The notes under the pieces are model-generated. The model was given only the letters and a program-made list of their open reading frames with translations. It did not search any database and was not told where the DNA came from. The translations under genes were made by a program, and so were the position numbers. A stretch of DNA of 64,000 nt from Macrostomum hystrix (lineage: Eukaryota > Animalia > Platyhelminthes). Shown here piece after piece: positions 14,301 to 24,400 of the stretch (its first letter is position 1; each line of letters starts with the position of its first letter). The DNA is taken from positions 10,106,001 through 10,170,000 of the forward strand of contig CATNEN010000003.1 in NCBI GenBank assembly GCA_950097015.1, in the 5' to 3' direction.

Positions 14301-15384
14301 AGTTCATCAACCATCATCTGTGCAAGTAGTGTTACATTCGCCTACGGAGCAGCAGAAACAGAATCAAGAACAGCTGCATCACCATGCTCCGTCTCAGTCT
14401 TCGTCAGCAGAATTAACTTGCGCAACAGCTTCAGCTGCGGCTGCGGCAGCAGACTTGGACCTGGACGATGTAGCTGTCCTACCCAGCGTCGGCATGATGC
14501 TGTCCTCCAGCGAAGTAGACACTATTATGCGGGACGGAGCCTTTCAAATCGATATCTTCAGTCCGACTCATTTGAATGCTTTATTAAGACCAGGCGATGA
14601 TGAAGAAGTCATTGTTGTCGATGACAATGAGGCAGAACCGGCCGGCATTGCTGATCAGGTCACAATTGATTCCAAGAAAATCCAAGAAATCACTGAGTCC
14701 CAACAGGACTACCAAACTGCTGCTTCACCGAACATCGAAGACAAGTCGACTGTAAAACAGGATGACAATGATTTGACAGGCCTCCCAATTGATGAAGATA
14801 AAAAACAACTTCCAATCGAGTCTGTTGAACCAAAAACTGAACTTGAACAGTCTGCAGTAGTTGAGTTGTCTCTTACTGAACAGCCTAGTGAACACGCTTC
14901 TGAACATGTTACTGAAGAGGCTTCTGAACAGGGTTCTGAACAGGCTCATGAACACGCTACTGAACATGTTACTGAACAGGCTTCTGAACAGGCTCGTGAA
15001 CACGCTTCTGAACATGTTACTGAACAGGCTTCTGAACATACTACCGAACATACAACTGAACAGACTACTGAGCATACTACCGAACATACAACTGAACACA
15101 CTACTGAGCATACTACCGAACGTACTACTACTGAACAGACTACTGAACATGCTACTGAAATAGTAGTATTCGAAGCTAATAGAATCGATTTGGAACCGTC
15201 GCGCGGTAGAAAACGTCTTCATTCTTCGTCGTCGGACAAAGAAGTGGAGGTTATTCAGGCGTTGATGATGCTAACTGGCAAACAGGTGACAGCTGCTGCA
15301 GCCGCCGCGGCGGCCGCTTCATCCGCCATTACTAATGCTACTAGTAATAACACTATAACCCAGGAAGATACCAATTTAAATTAA
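8381..15384 (+). CDS. KANSL2: KAT8 regulatory NSL complex subunit 2-like; exons 8381(or upstream)-8914, 11816-12226, 12965-13318, 14224-15384
   Basis: two C3H-C3H zinc-finger units (CQHSLGQC..CARH..CQY..C..FCPQH; CSY..KC..YCSTHI..NQCLFRAC..C..CESH); central EVFTRTELVKAAKCKLQSLRTAYEDEIQRLQ coiled coil and GTDKWLRHRATERR resemble KANSL2 rather than INO80D; all introns phase 0. Confidence 0.78.
8923..11345. repeat. 32-bp (2x16) purine-rich minisatellite GAGACGAGACTGAGGAGAGATAAGACACGGGA in KANSL2 intron 1
   Basis: about 75 units with variant types; source of the spurious S/L-rich minus-strand ORFs. Confidence 0.97.
11400..11622 (-). mobile_element. SINE family A, 5'-truncated copy
   Basis: matches body and tail of the copies at 23150-23486 and 30125-30470. 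Confidence 0.8.
13365..14035. repeat. 12/24-bp minisatellite (GAATCGTAGCTAGAAATGTAGCTG) in KANSL2 intron 3
   Basis: tandem units visible. Confidence 0.92.
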
Positions 15385-15765
15385 ATTAAAATGTTTGACT
15401 GATACAGTCAATATTATCTATGCTTGATCAATATTAGCCTATGCTATACAATAGGCTTGTATCTTTGATGTAATTGCGACATTGCCAGCTAGTTGTCATT
15501 TGTTATATTTCTGTGCTCCTTCCTAATTAAAGTGAAATTATTGTCTTACATTTTGTTAAAATCATGCCTGTGTATGTAACTCTAGCTTCAATTAATTCGC
15601 TGTTGCTATGCAGCTCAAACTTAAAATAAATAGTTTGCTTGCTTTTTTTTACATAAATATCACTTGTTTGATTTGATTTGATTTGCTTTTTTCTTTGTAT
15701 TTTTTAGGCTTTAGTTAATTAGTTTGTTGTGTGCCTCTGAACAATGATTGCAGTAACAGCGTCTA

Positions 15766-16696
15766 CACTTCTGAACATGTTACTGAAGAAGCTTCTGAAC
15801 AGGCTTCTGAACAGGCTTCTGAACAGGGTTCTGAACAGGCTCATGAACACGCTACTGAACATGTTACTGAACAGGCTTCTGAACAGGCTCGTGAACACGC
15901 TTCTGAACATGTTACTGAACAGGCTTCTGAACATACTACCGAACATACAACTGAACAGACTACTGAGCATACTACCGAACATACAACTGAACACACTACT
16001 GAGCATACTACCGAACATACTACTGAACAGACTACTGAGCATACTACCGAACGTACTACTACTGAACAGACTACTGAACATGCTACTGAAATAGTAGTAT
16101 TCGAAGCTAATAGAATCGATTTGGAACCGTCGCGCGGTAGAAAACGTCTTCATTCTTCGTCGTCGGACAAAGAAGTGGAGGTTATTCAGGCGTTGATGAT
16201 GCTAACTGGCAAACAGGTGACAGCTGCTGCAGCCGCCGCGGCGGCCGCTTCATCCGCCATTACTAATACTACTAGTAATAACACTATAACCCAGGAAGAT
16301 ACCAATTTAAATTAAATTAAAATGTTTGACTGATACAGTCAATATTATCTATGCTTGATCAATATTAGCCTATGCTATACAATAGGCTTGTATCTTTGAT
16401 GTAATTGCGACATTGCCAGCTAGTTGTCATTTGTTATATTTCTGTGCTCCTTCCTAATTAAAGTGAAATTATTGTCTTACATTTTGTTAAAATCATGCCT
16501 GTGTATGTAACTCTAGCTTCAATTAATTCGCTGTTGCTATGCAGCTCAAACTTAAAATAAATAGTTTGCTTGCTTTTTTTTACATAAATATCACTTGTTT
16601 GATTTGATTTGATTTGCTTTTTTCTTTGTATTTTTTAGGCTTTAGTTAATTAGTTTGTTGTGTGCCTCTGAACAATGATTGCAGTAACAGCGTCTA
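15766..16696 (+). repeat. Tandem duplicate of the KANSL2-like 3' coding end plus 3' flank (copy of about 14897-15765)
   Basis: near-identical sequence; differs in number of ASEQ/TTEH units and a few substitutions. Confidence 0.95.
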
Positions 16697-17349
16697 ATTT
16701 TTTATTATGATACCATTTCTGTCAATCATTGTTTTTTTTCTAAAAGTAATGAGGCCAATATGAGCAACTCAGGCTGCAATACCCATTTCTTGTGTCGCAC
16801 CATTGTTCCTATCAAGTGGATAAAGCGATTATGAGAAAGAAGACAGCCTGACATTGTGTTGCTTTTAGCAGTAGAACAACTGCCTAGTTGTTAAAGCGTC
16901 TTACTCACTAGACCACAGGGGTGCTTCAAATACTCTCTGCCAACTTCACTATAACTCCCAACCCGAATGACCAATTTTCGTTAAAAGTCCACCATATGGA
17001 TCAACATTTTCCGCTATTTACGATAAACCAACTTTCAAAGTTGTCAGCATCGTCGAGCAATTATTGTCGAAGGCCCTGATAACAAGGACAATTAACATTG
17101 CTATGCGATACATATCTATGGCAAATGGCGAATGCAAATTTATTCGATAATATGAAAATCGGCAATAGAATCAATACAAAATCATAGACATTAAAAGCCG
17201 ACACCGTTTCATACTTAAATTTGTTAGCATTTTTTAGTATGATACCTTGATCCGGGGCACAGGTTGCGATACCCATTTCTTATGTTGCACTATTTGCTCG
17301 GCAACTCAAGAAAGAAGTCTCAACCTGACACTTATATCCTTTTTACGGG

Positions 17350-18400
17350 GCTGTAGCTTAGTAAGGGGTTCTATTCTAGTTGGGGGTTTAGCCTAGTAGG
17401 GTGAGTCTAGTAGCGGTTTGTAGCCTAGTTGGGGGTTGTAGCCTAGTTGGGGGTTGTAGCCTAGTTGGGGGTTCTAGTCTAGTAGGGGGTTCTAGTCTAG
17501 TAGGGGGTTGTAGCCTAGTTGGGGGTTGTAGCCTAGTTGGGGGTTGTAGCCTAGTTGGGGGTTGTAGCCTAGTTGGGGGTTGTAGCCTAGTTGGGGGGTT
17601 GTAGCCTAGTTGGGGGTTGTAGCCTAGTTGGGGGTTGTAGCCTAGTTGGGGGTTGTAGCCTAGTTGGGGGTTGTAGCCTAGTTGGGGGTTGTAGCCTAGT
17701 TGGGGGTTGTAGCCTAGTTGGGGGTTGTAGCCTAGTTGGGGGTTGTAGCCTAGTTGGGGGTTGTAGCCTAGTTGGGGGTTGTAGCCTAGTTGGGGGTTCT
17801 AGTCTAGTTAGGGGTTCTATTCTAGTTGGGGTTTAGCCTAGTAGGGTGAGTCTAGTAGCGGTTTGTAGCCTAGTTGGGGGTTGTAGCCTAGTTGGGGGTT
17901 GTAGCCTAGTTGGGGTTGTAGCCTAGTAGGGGGTTCTAGTCTAGTAGGGGGTTGTAGCCTAGTTGGGGGTTGTAGCCTAGTTGGGGGTTGTAGCCTAGTT
18001 GGGGGTTGTAGCCTAGTTGGGGGTTGTAGCCTAGTTGGGGGTTTTAGTCTAGTAGGGGTTGTAGCCTAGTTGGGGGTTGTAGCCTAGTAGGGGGTTGTAG
18101 CCTAGTAGGGGGTTCTAGTCTAGTAGGGGGTTGTAGCCTAGTTGGGGGTTGTAGCTTAGTTGGGGGGTTCTAGTCTAGTAGGGGGTTGTAGCCTAGTTGG
18201 GGGTTGTAGCCTAGTTGGGGGTTGTAGCCTAGTAGGGGTTGTAAGCCTAGCAGGTGGTTGTAGCCTAGTGGGGGGTTGTAGCCTAGTAGGGTGCGTCTAT
18301 TAGGGGTTTGTAGCCTAGTTGGCGGTTGTAGCCTAGTAGGGGTTGTAGTCTAGTAGGGATTTGTAGCCTTGTTGGGGGTTCTAGTCTAGTTAGGGGTTTA
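17350..18400. repeat. 18-bp G-rich minisatellite TAGTTGGGGGTTGTAGCC
   Basis: more than 50 units, degenerate toward both edges. Confidence 0.96.
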
Positions 18401-18421
18401 CGATGCTTGACTACGTGTGAC

Positions 18422-18563
18422 TACGTACAGTATCTGTGTGCGGGTGTTCTCAGGAGTCAGCGAAATGGGCAGAATTGCCTCCTCGCTGGCTGCGGGTCTA
18501 GTGTCACCAAATGATGCGCCATTGCCCGCAGCCTTCCGGCAGTTATTATTATTATTATTATTA
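18422..18563 (+). mobile_element. SINE family A, 3' fragment with (TTA)n tail
   Basis: CTCAGGAGTCAGCGAAATGGGC...GCCCGCAGCC followed by TTATTATTA. Confidence 0.85.
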
Positions 18564-18890
18564 GGGGCTTCTAGCCTAGAAAGGGGATTCTAAGCCTAGT
18601 TTTAGCCTTGTTATAGGTGTTCTTGCTAAAAGATGTGTCCTTTAAAAGACACACCTAACTTCTCATTGCTTCAGTTCACCCAGCTGTTAATTGGTTACCA
18701 GCGTTACCAGTTTAGTCAATTAGTTATGTAACATAGATAAATGTCCGATTATCCTTATTGAAACAAAGCATTAGCCAATCATCATTGATAAAAATCATAA
18801 CTACTCTTACAGCCACCCCCAATAGCCGCAAAGCTAGCGGCGGACAGCAGCAGCAGCCATAGCAACAACAATAATAATAATAATAGCAAT

Positions 18891-19783
18891 ATGTCCAACG
18901 CATTGGATAAGCAGCAGGGTGCCATAGCAGCCCCACCCGGTAGCGCTGTTCGCAAAGTGTTCGTCTCACGCGACTATAGCAACGGCTTGGAACTGCGATT
19001 TTCAACAGCTTTCCCCGTCCAACTGCAGGGTCGCATCTCTGAGGAATCTTTTGTTGCCGTGGTAACTAATATCAATCAGATTCTAACGGCGGCTGAGCAG
19101 GGTTCGGCGTCTGTCTATTTAGAGAGCGTCTTTGCCTGCCTCACTGGCTACCTGCTCTACCTGTGCATAGATACACATTATGAAAAGGTTGGCTGGCATA
19201 TCGGGCCTTACAGAAATTCAGGATCTGTTTTTATTTGATTATAGGCTGTAGAATATGTCGTTCTCTGATTGGTCCATAGATTGTACTCGTAGGATCTGTC
19301 CTTTTCTGATTGGTCCATAGATTGTACTCGTAGGATCTGTCCTTTTCTGATTGGTCCATAGATTGTACTCGTAGAATCTGTCATTCTCTGATTGGTCCAT
19401 AGATTGTACTCGTAGAATCTATCATTCTCTGATTGGTCCATAGATTGTACTCGTAGAATCTATCATTCTCTGATTGGTCCGTGCATTGTAGAACCTGTCA
19501 CTTTCTGATTGGTCCGTAGATTGTAGAACCTGACATTCTCTTATTGGTCTTGTGAAGGTAGGATCTGTCATTCTCTGATTGGTTCGTCGGTTCTTGAATT
19601 TGCCGTTCTCTGATTGGTCCATTAGTTTTATAGCCTGTCATTACTTGATTTCAGAGCCTAAAAGAAGTATCCAGGCTAGTTGCCGAGTACAATCGAACCA
19701 TCTTCGAGCCCAGCCGCCTAATGCTAGTTGATCCCAGCGATCGTGGTCTGCGTGTTCTGGAAATTGTTGTGCTAAATGATTAA
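18891..19783 (+). CDS. GOLGA7: Golgin A7 / Erf4 palmitoyltransferase cofactor; exons 18891-19187, 19655-19783
   Basis: KVFVSRDYSNG..RFSTAFP..LQGRI, ACLTGYL..THYEK|SLKEVS, LVDPSDRGLRVLEI; phase-0 intron. Confidence 0.93.
19250..19625. repeat. 41-bp minisatellite in the GOLGA7 intron
   Basis: TTCTCTGATTGGTCCATAGATTGTACTCGTAGAATCTGTCA units, shorter and more diverged toward the 3' end. Confidence 0.9.
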
Positions 19784-19989
19784 CTGTTTTAGTATATTTT
19801 TAACGCATTGTATCGCTTCTTTGTATGATAAGCCGCTATAAAATAACTGACGATATATAAGAGTAGTAGATAAGCATCGCAATTTCACTCTATGCACATT
19901 CTAGATCGAAAAATGTGTTGATTTTTTCATGCTTATTTTTTATATTTGTTAACCAACTAACCAATTACTTGTTTAAACCTAATTATAAC

Positions 19990-20207
19990 AATAGTAATAA
20001 AAATTGCAGGCAGGGCTGCGGGCAATGGCACATCATATGGTGACACTAGACCCGCAGCCAGCGAGGAGGCAATTCTGCCCATTTCGCTGACTCCTGAGCA
20101 CACACGCACACACAGCTGTCATTCTGCCCTGACTTTCTCATCGTCAGGCAGTGTACACATTGGAGGTTAACCGCTTTAACGCGTTAACCGCTCTGCCACC
20201 GAACCCA
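19990..20207 (-). mobile_element. SINE family A, internally deleted copy
   Basis: has both A-box head (GGTGGCAGAGCGGTTAAC) and tail, middle missing. Confidence 0.8.
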
Positions 20208-20647
20208 TTGTTCAAACCTATCTAATCGTTTGTTAAAAGAAATTTTGAGCAAGTTTAGTAATATTTACTATATATCTGTGATGTTTATTCATGTTTTTCT
20301 ACTATTTTCTGTTAAAACTTTTATATTTACAAGAGGTCTTCTGAATATTGCTTAGTTTAGTTCTAGGAAAACATTTAATCAATTTAAATCAACCAGTCCA
20401 TGGACTGAAAAGCTGTGTGACTGGCAGTACATTTTATTTTGTATAAAAGTCTCTCTTTCATTAAAATATGTTCATCAAAACAATAGAAGAAAGTACTAGA
20501 GTTAAAGAACAATAATGCTTTATTTAATTAGTTGTATTGGTAATTCTATTGTTTATTCTGGCAACTGTTTGTTCATTCCAATAACTGTTTTTTGCCGGAA
20601 TACTATTCATAAAACAAAATCAGTTCAAATGTTTCATTGTTCTTGAG

Positions 20648-21117
20648 CAGGGGTCGGCAAACTCCGGCAAGCGGGCCAGATGCGGCCCTCAAAGCTCCCA
20701 AATCCGGCCCGTTGCCCCTTCCGACACCTATTGTATACTGTTTCATCTTTCCCTTGTCTCATCTCTCCCGTGTGCCACCTCTCCCGTGTCTCCATGTCTC
20801 TCATGTCTCGTCTCTCCCGTGTGTAACCTCTCCCGTGTCTCCATCTCTCTCATGTCTCGTCTCTCCCGTGTGCCACCTCTCCCGTGTCTCCATCTCTCCC
20901 ATGTCTCATCTATCCAGTGTCTCATCTCGCCATTGTCTCGTCTCTCCCGTACCTTATCTCTCCTTTGTCTCATCTCTCTCGTGTCTCATCTCTTCTCTCT
21001 CTCATCTCTCCCCTATCTCTGATATATTTCTCTTATATTACTACAGTCAACGCGGCCCGCTGTCGTCTTTCAGGTTCTCTTTTTGGCCCGCTAGCTAATA
21101 AGTTTGCCGAACCCCTG
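20648..21117 (+). mobile_element. hAT-type MITE carrying an internal 16-bp tandem array
   Basis: TIRs CAGGGGTCGGCAAAC / GTTTGCCGAACCCCTG; flanks TTCTTGAG / TTATTGAG (7/8 TSD match); second copy at 32817-33391. Confidence 0.88.
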
Positions 21118-21492
21118 TTATTGAGGGTCCTGTGTCCGATAAGCGGATAAATGATTATCCATCTGTTTAATTTCAAATGACCTTGAGCATGCTAATACTG
21201 AAATGTACTTCTATTTTCTGTTCTGTTTTACCATGTTAAATATATGTGAACAATGATTAGAACCATGTGTAACGTACTACGAGTATAAAAGGTTCTTAAA
21301 AATTATTTTCACGCTTCGAAAGCTGTCAAAAAATTCCAGAAGTTTCAGGTGCTCTTTTAGCTAATTGGCTGACATTTACAACCTCGGCTAAGCATATCGT
21401 TTGCAGCCGGTTTTCAAAGAATTATTTGATTTTGTCATGTCAAACTGCAAAACTTTTCAGAATTGATTTTCATTTCTCAACTGCCGCCTGAA

Positions 21493-24400
21493 ATGTTCGG
21501 CGACATGTTCGAGAAGGCCGAAGAAGATGCTGGCAGGGGTCCGTCAGCTAGTTCAGCGCCGCATCGGGTAGCTTTTGAAGGCTGCGATCTGCCGCGTAAT
21601 CCGCGTGGTCCTACTAGACTAGCCGGCTTAGAAAATCAGGGAGCCACTTGTTATTTAAACTCTCTGATTCAGGTACTGCTGGTTGCTCCCGAGTTGCGCC
21701 GAGCTGTGTTGTCAATCAAAGCCGAACAGATCGGCTTGGTACCCGCCGTTTCTGGCGATGATGCTGAAACAATCGATATTGACTTCGACTCTGATGACAC
21801 TAGTGATTACCTGAGAAAGCTGCACTGTCTGCGTAGAATTCCATTCGAATTGCAATGCCTATTAGGCAGACTGTTGCTTAGCAACAGGGAAGCGTTGAGT
21901 ACGCGCGAATTGACTCGCAGTTTCGGCTGGGACCGGATGGAACACGCTGATCAGCACGATGTGCAAGAATTGAATAGGCTGCTATTCTCAGCACTGGAAG
22001 ATTCCCTGCATCAGATAAAGGGCGCGCCATATCAAAATATTTCACGGCAGGTCTGTCCAAGAGTTACAATATGCTCTGAGCTGGTTATACTTTGTGTTGC
22101 TTAGTACTCAGGTATTAGACACCTGTATTTAGAGTTGCAGTATTAGACACCTGTATTTAGGGTTCAGGTATTAGACACCTGTATTTAGGGTTCAGGTATT
22201 AGACACCTGTATTTAGGGTTCAGGTATTAGACACCTGTATTTAGGGTTCAGTTATTAGACACCTGTATTTAGGGTTCAGGTATTAGACACCTGTATTTAG
22301 GGTTCAGGTATTAGACACCTGTATTTAGGGTTCAGGTATTAGACACCTGTATTTAGGGTTCAGTTATTAGACACCTGTATTTAGGGTTCAGGTATTAGAC
22401 ACCTGTATTTAGGGTTCAGGTATTAGACACCTGTATTTAGGGTTCAGGTATTAGACACCTGTATTTAGGGTTCAGGTATTAGACACCTGTATTTAGGGTT
22501 CAGGTATTAGACACCTGTATTTAGGGTTCAGGTATTAGACACCTGTATTTAGGGTTCAGGTATTAGACACCTGTATTTAGGGTTCAGGTATTAGACACCT
22601 GTATTTAGGGTTCAGGTATTAGACACCTGTATTTAGGGTTCAGGTATTAGACACCTGTATTTAGGGTTCAGGTATTAGACACCTGTATTTAGGGTTCAGG
22701 TATTAGACACCTGTATTTAGGTTTCCGATTTTAGCCACTATCTAAAAATGCGTCAAAAGTAGCAAATTAAATTCGTTTCTCACCTTGACAACGCTGTGGA
22801 AACAGGTAAAAGGCACATTTCGCACTTCAATTCGATGCAGCGAATGCGAATACACATCCAGCCGATCTGAAGAATTCCTTGACCTCTGCGTCACCACCGT
22901 GGGTTACAGCAACCTGGATGACAGTCTAGCTAACTTGTTCGGCTCTGAATGGCTTCAAGGCGACAATAAGTACCGCTGCGATGGCTGTCACAATCTGGTG
23001 GACGCTGAGAAGGTAATAATTGGCACCCAACTGATTGATACTGTTGATTGATCTGACACAGTCACTCCTCCATCACCATATGCTAAGCATCTGACACGTA
23101 CAGTCACTCAATCATATGATGCTGCAGAGCTGACACCGGCACTCCTTAACAATAATAATTGCATGAGGGCTGCGGGCAATGGCACATCATTTGGTGACTG
23201 AAGACTAGCAGCCGGCGAGGAGGCAATTCTGCCCATTTCGCTGACTCCTGAGCACACACGCACACATACTGTACGCAGACATACGTCCACACAGGTGTGT
23301 TCATCTGCCCCTGACTTTCTCATCATCAGGCGGTGTACACTCTCACTGTGCCTTGGAGGTTGGCCCTCAATTGCACGACAAGCCCCCAAGCCTTCTCTCC
23401 GCGGCTGCGCCCCAAATAAATGTGGCCTCGCCGCGGTATTGAGCTCAGGGATCTTGTTGCCAGAAGCAAACGCGTTCTGCACCCCGTGCACTCTATCATA
23501 TGATGCTACAGACCTGACACAGTCTGGCACACAGACCTGACACAGTCTGGCACACAGACCTGACACAGTCTGGCACACAGACCTGACACAGTCTGGCACA
23601 CAGACCTGACACAGTCTGGCACACAGACCTGACACAGTCTGGCACACAGACCTGACACAGTCTGGCACACAGACCTGACACAGTCTGGCACACAGACCTG
23701 ACACAGTCTGGCACACAGACCTGACACAGTCTGGCACACAGACCTGACACAGTCTGGCACACAGACCTGACACAGTCTGGCACACAGACCTGACACAGTC
23801 TGGCACACAGACCTGACACAGTCTGGCACACAGACCTGACACAGTCTGGCACACAGACCTGACACAGTCTGGCACACAGACCTGACACAGTCTGGCACAC
23901 AGACCTGACACAGTCTGGCACACAGACCTGACACAGTCTGGCACACAGACCTGACACAGTCTGGCACACAGACCTGACACAGTCTGGCACACAGACCTGA
24001 CACAGTCTGGCACACAGACCTGACACAGTCTGGCACACAGACCTGACACAGTCTGGCACACAGACCTGACACAGTCTGGCACACAGACCTGACACAGTCT
24101 GGCACACAGACCTGACACAGTATGGCACACAGACCTGACACAGTATGGCACACAGACCTGACACAGTATGGCACACAGATCTGAGCCAATCTCAACCCAA
24201 ACTAGTACCAACAGTCTTTCAAATTCCGCAGACCAGTCGACTCACAGTGCTGCCCCCAATTCTCACGCTGTCACTGATGCGATTCGATTTCGACTTTGCT
24301 CGCATGACTCGAGTGAAACACGAAGGCCGATTCGCCTTCCCCTACGACGACTATCTGGATGTCGGCCGGCATGTGCTAGACAACGTCGATGCCGCACTCT

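Noticed and set aside
18455-18535. HDV-like ribozyme in the SINE tail: GCCTCCTCGCTGGC matches the HDV P3/L3 sequence
   Set aside because: No upstream P1 strand, no P1.1 GG after TGCGGGT and no P2. The same bases pair better in a simple AGCGA/TCGCT hairpin.
22105-22722. Interstitial telomere
   Set aside because: Only one TTAGGG per 28-bp unit, not tandem hexamers
23108-24211. Cys-rich metallothionein/keratin-like ORFs
   Set aside because: Open in all three minus frames because of the 23-bp repeat
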